The translations under genes were made by a program, and so were the position numbers. This document shows, piece by piece, positions 17,603-22,565 of a stretch of 22,565 nt of DNA. The stretch is from Oculatellaceae cyanobacterium bins.114 (GTDB lineage Bacteria > Cyanobacteriota > Cyanobacteriia > Elainellales > Elainellaceae), in the NCBI GenBank assembly GCA_033764315.1, contig JANRJA010000053.1, forward strand, positions 1 to 22,565, written 5' to 3'. Numbering within the stretch: the first letter of the stretch is position 1; the number at the start of each line of letters is the position of its first letter. Below the pieces are notes generated by a model that saw only the letters and a program-made list of their open reading frames with translations, did no database searches and was not told the origin of the DNA.

Positions 17603-19006
17603 TTGGCATTCACAGAAGATGAAAATTTAACGGTTTCAACTCAGAACTTTTCACGTCGAGAGTTGATTCAACTGGTGCGATCGCAGTTGCAGTTGTTGCT
17701 AGAGCAAAACAATTTGCAGGGGGCAAAGGCTTTGCTAGTGCCCGTTCAACCGGCGGATATTGCCGATGCGATCGAGGCATTGCCTGAGCCAATGCAGGTG
17801 ATTGCCTTTCGCCTGCTCTCTAAAGCAGAGGCGATCGAGGTGTATGAGTATTTAGATTCCACGATCCAGCAGACGTTAATTGAAGAATTCAAGCGTCAAG
17901 ATGTGCTGGATATTGTCGATAAGATGTCTCCTGACGATCGAGCACGGTTGTTTGATGAGTTGCCTGCCAAAGTTGTCACTCGGCTATTAGAGCAATTGAG
18001 CTTTGAAGAACGGAGCGCAACGGCACTCTTGTTGGGCTATGAGTCGGGCACCGCTGGGCGCATCATGACGCCCAAATATATCTCGCTGCGCGAAGATTTG
18101 ACGGTGGCTCAAGCACTCGATCGCATTCGTCGATTAGCCGAGGTGAGTGAGACGATTTACTATCTCTACGTCACGGATACGGGTCGCCAATTAACAGGCA
18201 TTCTTTCGTTACGAGCACTGGTGGTTGCCCAACCTGACCAACGCATTGGTGAGATCATGGTGCGTGAGGTGGTGTCGGTTTACACCGATACTGACCAGGA
18301 AGAAGTGGCACGGGTGATTCAGCGATATGACTTTTTGGCAGTTCCGGTGGTGGATACGGAAGACCGTTTGGTGGGAATCGTCACAGTCGATGATGTGATC
18401 GACATTCTCGAAGAGGAAACCACCAAAGACATTTACACGTTGGGGGGTGTGCAAGCTGGAGAAGACAGTTACTTTCAAACCAATTTGTTGACCGTTGCCC
18501 GTCGGCGGGTGGTCTGGTTGTTTGTGTTGCTCATTACCAACACAGCCACCAGTGCTGTGATTCGGAGTCAGCAGGATGTGTTGCAGCAGGTTGTGGCGTT
18601 GACGGCGTTCATTCCCCTACTAATTGGCACAGGGGGGAATGTCGGAGCACAGTCTTCGACGGTGGTGATTCGTGGGTTAAACACCGATGAATTGCAGAGA
18701 ACAGGAGCGTTTAAGGTGATTCGACGAGAGGCGATCGCCGGAACGCTTTTAGGCTTGATGCTAGGGGTGGTTGTGTTGGTCTGGGCTTACTTTTTGCAAG
18801 GTGACTTGGCAGTGGCGATCGCTGTCGGCATTAGTCTCGTTGCTATCTCAATCTTGGCGTCGATCGCTGGCTCAAGCTTACCTTTTCTGTTTCAAATCAT
18901 TGGGTTTGATCCAGCATTGATGTCAGCCCCCTTTATCACAACGGCTGTAGATGTCTTGGGAGTATTGATTTACCTCAACGCTGCCCGGTTTATCTTGCGG
19001 GTTTAG
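17603..19006 (+). CDS. mgtE: Magnesium transporter MgtE
   Basis: MgtE N-domain, two CBS domains (TAGRIM, LVGIVTVDDV), GTGGNVGAQ and DPALMSAPFITTAVD; TTG start uncertain. Confidence 0.96.
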   Translation: MAFTEDENLTVSTQNFSRRELIQLVRSQLQLLLEQNNLQGAKALLVPVQPADIADAIEALPEPMQVIAFRLLSKAEAIEVYEYLDSTIQQTLIEEFKRQDVLDIVDKMSPDDRARLFDELPAKVVTRLLEQLSFEERSATALLLGYESGTAGRIMTPKYISLREDLTVAQALDRIRRLAEVSETIYYLYVTDTGRQLTGILSLRALVVAQPDQRIGEIMVREVVSVYTDTDQEEVARVIQRYDFLAVPVVDTEDRLVGIVTVDDVIDILEEETTKDIYTLGGVQAGEDSYFQTNLLTVARRRVVWLFVLLITNTATSAVIRSQQDVLQQVVALTAFIPLLIGTGGNVGAQSSTVVIRGLNTDELQRTGAFKVIRREAIAGTLLGLMLGVVVLVWAYFLQGDLAVAIAVGISLVAISILASIAGSSLPFLFQIIGFDPALMSAPFITTAVDVLGVLIYLNAARFILRV

Positions 19007-19113
19007 GGGATCTCTTTCCTGTGCTGCCTCAACTGATTTCACACACAACAGCAGTTACATGGTGTAGATTGGGCTTTATCTAACATCTATATTGGCCTCA
19101 ACTATTGCGTTCC

Positions 19114-19662
19114 ATGTCGAAACCAACTCAACCTACAGATTCATCTAAACTTTGGATCGAAAGCATCAAAACCATTGGACTGAGTTTGTTTTTGGCGTTG
19201 GGGGTGCGCACAGCTGTTGCAGAGCCGCGATACGTTCCCACAGGTTCAATGGAGCCGACCATTCACGTCAACGATCGCGTTTTGATTGACAAAATCAGCT
19301 ATCGTTTCTCGCAACCTCAACGAGGCGATATCGCCATGTTTTCGCCCCCAGACATCTTGTTGCAGCAAAACCTGCGAGACGATCTGATTAAACGGGTGAT
19401 TGGTCTCCCGGGCGAGACAGTTGAAGTTAAAGATGGGCATGTCTACATCAATAACAAACCGCTTCAAGAAAATTACATTGCCGCCCCTCCAGAATATCAG
19501 TGGGGGCCAGAGGTGGTGCCACCTGATTCTTATCTGGTGTTAGGTGATAACCGCAATAACAGCTATGACAGCCATTTTTGGGGTTATGTGCCACGCGAGC
19601 GCATTATTGGACGAGCCATGTTGCGGTTTTGGCCTCTTGATCGACTGGGAGCCGTAGATTGA
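19114..19662 (+). CDS. lepB: Signal peptidase I
   Basis: Single TM, VPTGSMEPT (Ser), LIKRVIGLPG (Lys), GDNRNNSYDS. Confidence 0.95.
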   Translation: MSKPTQPTDSSKLWIESIKTIGLSLFLALGVRTAVAEPRYVPTGSMEPTIHVNDRVLIDKISYRFSQPQRGDIAMFSPPDILLQQNLRDDLIKRVIGLPGETVEVKDGHVYINNKPLQENYIAAPPEYQWGPEVVPPDSYLVLGDNRNNSYDSHFWGYVPRERIIGRAMLRFWPLDRLGAVD

Positions 19663-19903
19663 AAAAGAAGAAGGAAGAGAGAAAAAAGAATAAAGATTTC
19701 GCTGTATGGATCGGTTGAGTGGGTGAAGGGTATCCATTTCTGTTTAGATGAGATAACCATTCTAGGGACGGGGGGACACCGCATTTGACACTGGAGTCTA
19801 CCTCTGTTTTTTTAGTGGCAATTCTTAGCACTCAGCCAAATGCTGCGATCTGGCACAAAACCTTGCACATCAATTTGGGAGTGCGACTCAAAATCTCCAT
19901 TAA

Positions 19904-19950
19904 AAAAAGCCCTTGGACGTCTGACCGTGTTTCGACTCCAAGGGCTTTTT
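19904..19950. terminator. Bidirectional intrinsic-terminator-like hairpin
   Basis: AAAAAGCCCTTGGA / TCCAAGGGCTTTTT 14-bp IR with A- and T-tracts. Confidence 0.65.
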
Positions 19951-20053
19951 CGTTGAATCACTCCTCACATTTAATACAATACTGCATTAGGTCGATAATT
20001 ACATATACCTAGAGTGACACTTTCTTAAACTGTCCATTCGCTTAGAGAACCAT

Positions 20054-20572
20054 ATGAAGGGTGGCAACAAGTATGAGCCGCTGTTGAACTACTTACGTCG
20101 GAGCGATCGCCCTGAGATAACCCTGACCTTTACCGAGATTGAAACCATTATTGGAGATGTGTTGCCTGCCTCGGCGCGTCGCCAAAAAGCCTGGTGGAGC
20201 AATCGTACCAAAGGAGCGTTGCAAGCTTCTGCCTGGATGCTTGCTGATTACCTGGTAGAGGCGATCGACATTGACCACGAAAGCGTCACCTTTCGCAAGC
20301 CCTCTACTGAATATGCAGTGCAACGGGTCGGTGACACCGTATTGTGGAATGCGGAATTGATTAAAGCCCTACGGCGATATATGGGGCTGTCGCAGGTCGA
20401 ATTTGCCCACAAGCTGGGAGTTCGGCAACAAACCGTCAGCGATTGGGAGACCAGTGTATATGACCCTCGTTTATCGACTTCTAAATATCTCACTCTGGTT
20501 GCAGAGCAAGCAGGGTTTAAGTATGGACACAACAACCTAACTTCCTCAAAAGCATCCGAAGACGAATCATAA
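20054..20572 (+). CDS. XRE-family HTH regulator with an N-terminal DUF7662-like domain
   Basis: KYEPLLNYL..ITLTFTEIE..LPASA..WWSN; C-terminal IKALRRYMGLSQVEFAHKLGVRQQTVSDWE. Confidence 0.85.
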   Translation: MKGGNKYEPLLNYLRRSDRPEITLTFTEIETIIGDVLPASARRQKAWWSNRTKGALQASAWMLADYLVEAIDIDHESVTFRKPSTEYAVQRVGDTVLWNAELIKALRRYMGLSQVEFAHKLGVRQQTVSDWETSVYDPRLSTSKYLTLVAEQAGFKYGHNNLTSSKASEDES

Positions 20573-20578
20573 TAGCTA

Positions 20579-20607
20579 TTTACATAATACACGCTAGCGG
20601 TTAATCT
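20579..20607 (+). promoter_or_regulatory. Sigma70-like promoter with palindrome in the spacer
   Basis: TTTACA-N17-TAATCT; CGCTAGCG at 20592-20599. Confidence 0.5.
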
Positions 20608-20715
20608 GTCAGAATAAATCTGATGGTGGTTTGGTGTTGGCGCATTCCATGCCTTTAATACCGATCGAGTCCATCGGTCTCTAATGTTCAACAACTGCCG
20701 ATAGGTTGATTACTT

Positions 20716-20994
20716 ATGCATAGCGATGTCTCAATTAGCTGCACTACTGGCTTTACCCCTTCTCCGACTCCGCTTGCCAGTCCTCTGACCGGGTCTCTGA
20801 CAGACAAAGAACCCCCCAACCGCGAATCTCTGCGAGTGCTGGTGATTGGTTCACGTAGAGGGGTCACTAGCACGATTCATGCCTTACACCGCTTGGGGTT
20901 TGCTGAAGTAAGAGAATGGAGTCCGTTGTTGCCTGCTCCGACTCCTGGAGAAGTGATGAGCATTTTGACTCGCTATCTTTTGACAGATGCTTAA
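20716..20994 (+). CDS. Small hypothetical protein
   Basis: Globular-looking core LRVLVIGSRRGV..IHALHRLGFAEVREWS..GEVMSILTR, between a promoter and a strong hairpin; resembles a cyanobacterial family from memory. Confidence 0.7.
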   Translation: MHSDVSISCTTGFTPSPTPLASPLTGSLTDKEPPNRESLRVLVIGSRRGVTSTIHALHRLGFAEVREWSPLLPAPTPGEVMSILTRYLLTDA

Positions 20995-21036
20995 GGGTTT
21001 GGAGAGGCGCGATTAATCGCGCCTCTCCAAACCCTT
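20993..21036. repeat. Perfect 44-bp palindrome with REP/SDR-like core, likely terminator
   Basis: AAGGGTTTGGAGAGGCGCGATTAATCGCGCCTCTCCAAACCCTT overlapping the stop codon of 20716-20994. Confidence 0.85.
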
Positions 21037-21223
21037 CTGACCCTAAAATATGAACCAAGCTTTCTTGTACAATCGCGGTGGGTTGCTTTTTTTACACTCT
21101 AAACCTGTGTTACAGCTAGTTTGGCTGTCACATGTTTTGCCTGTCTAGGGGAAATCAAGCATACAGTTGACATATCGCCCTACCGTTTATGTTGTAATCC
21201 GTGGGCAAAAGGAAGCTTGGTCG

Positions 21224-22565
21224 ATGTCAACCCACTATCGTCATGCCAGCACATATCTAGAACAATTGCTGCGATCGCACCCCGTTGAAGAACTCGAAGA
21301 GCGATTACAGCCCAAGTTGACTTCACCAGTCACTAAAATGCCGGGAGGGTCGCGTCTGACCCCAGAGGCGATCGCTCGTCGGTGGCAGGTGCTGAATGTC
21401 TCTTCTGACGATCAAGCGGCGGTATGTGATCCACAAACCCTGGCTCAGGCGGAGTGCTATTGCCGCAACATTGAAAACTTTATTGGCACAGTCAAGCTTC
21501 CAGTGGGAATTGCGGGCCCACTTCAGGTCAATGGGTTATTTGCGCAAGGCAGCTATTATGTGCCGTTAGCCACCACCGAAGCAGCTCTCGTCGCCTCTTA
21601 TAACCGAGGGGCGCAACTGCTGACGGAGGTCGGGGGATGCACGGCTCTTTTGTTAAATGAAGGGGTAAGCCGCGCACCAGGGTTTGCCTTTCGCAATTTG
21701 ACAGAGGTCGGCAAGTTTATGTTGTGGGCGATCGCTCATCAAGAAGCGTTTAAGCTCAGTGCTGAATCGACCACCCGCTATGGCAAACTGACGGATATGC
21801 GAATCACGGTCGAGGGCAACCATGTTTACCTCGATTTTCAATTCACCACGGGCGATGCAGCGGGGCAAAATATGGTAACGATCGCCACTCAAGCGATTTG
21901 TGACTACATTCGGGAACATTCTCCCATCCAACCCCAACATTGGTTTGTAGAGGCAAACCTGTCTGGCGACAAAAAAGCCAGTGCTCAATCCTTTCTCTCG
22001 GTGCGAGGAAAAAAAGTGACCGCAGAGGTCACCATTCCGACAACGGTATTGCAAAAACGCCTCCATGCGACTCCGGCTCAAATGGTCGAGTATTGGCGCA
22101 TGTCAGCGATCGGGGGCACTCTAACAGGCACGATTGGCGTTCAGGGTCACTACGCAAACGGGTTGGCTGCTCTCTACATTGCCTGTGGTCAAGATGCAGC
22201 CTGTGTCGCTGAATCCGCTGTTGGGGTGACTCGATTTGAGGTTACACCTGCTGATGAACTCTATGCCGCAGTCACCCTCCCCAATTTAATCGTGGGGACG
22301 GTAGGTGGAGGGACGGGGCTTCCCAGTCAGCAGGCATGTCTAGAGATTTTGGGATTGGCAGGTACAGGCAACGCCAGAGCCTTTGCTGAGGTGTGCGCAT
22401 CGCTCCTCTTAGCCGGAGAGTTATCTATCATTGGGGCGTTGTGTTCGGGGGAATTTACCCGTGCCCATCAACGGTTGGCACGCGGAAAAATATCAGATCA
22501 CGGACAAGTATCAGGTCACGAACGACTATCAGAACAAGGTGACGAGGGCGACTATGCAAGCCATG
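21224..22565 (+). CDS. hmgA: Class I HMG-CoA reductase (no stop within the window; absent from the ORF track)
   Basis: Manual translation from ATG 21224 is open to the window end: ENFIG, PLATTEAALVAS, TTGDAAGQNM, SGDKK, GQDAA, GTVGGGT, LAGELS, RAH. Confidence 0.92.
   Translation, partial: MSTHYRHASTYLEQLLRSHPVEELEERLQPKLTSPVTKMPGGSRLTPEAIARRWQVLNVSSDDQAAVCDPQTLAQAECYCRNIENFIGTVKLPVGIAGPLQVNGLFAQGSYYVPLATTEAALVASYNRGAQLLTEVGGCTALLLNEGVSRAPGFAFRNLTEVGKFMLWAIAHQEAFKLSAESTTRYGKLTDMRITVEGNHVYLDFQFTTGDAAGQNMVTIATQAICDYIREHSPIQPQHWFVEANLSGDKKASAQSFLSVRGKKVTAEVTIPTTVLQKRLHATPAQMVEYWRMSAIGGTLTGTIGVQGHYANGLAALYIACGQDAACVAESAVGVTRFEVTPADELYAAVTLPNLIVGTVGGGTGLPSQQACLEILGLAGTGNARAFAEVCASLLLAGELSIIGALCSGEFTRAHQRLARGKISDHGQVSGHERLSEQGDEGDYASH

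Overview
Cyanobacterial chromosomal window: the HIP1 octamer GCGATCGC occurs roughly 40 times by manual count. Left part: RAYT-type HUH transposase with a REP-like palindrome inside its own ORF, a secreted metallophosphoesterase, a MITE-like element, recJ with a long C-terminal extension, a polytopic membrane protein and a TPR protein. Centre (about 8.3-17.0 kb): a defence/accessory island with a TIR protein, three Uma2 nucleases, PIN-type toxin-antitoxin pairs and a 1200-aa NACHT-HEAT (NLR-like) protein; every spacer between modules carries HIP1. Best candidate for a hidden system: the TIR C-terminus and the NACHT N-terminus share a 24-aa RHIM/BASS-like motif (16/24 identical, core GKYNVNLG...G..IGDT), suggesting an amyloid-type NLR-to-TIR signalling pair encoded convergently with five genes between them. 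Right part: crcB, mgtE, lepB, an XRE regulator/small protein module and a class I HMG-CoA reductase absent from the ORF track because it runs off the window. All calls come from manual motif reading; no database searches were run.
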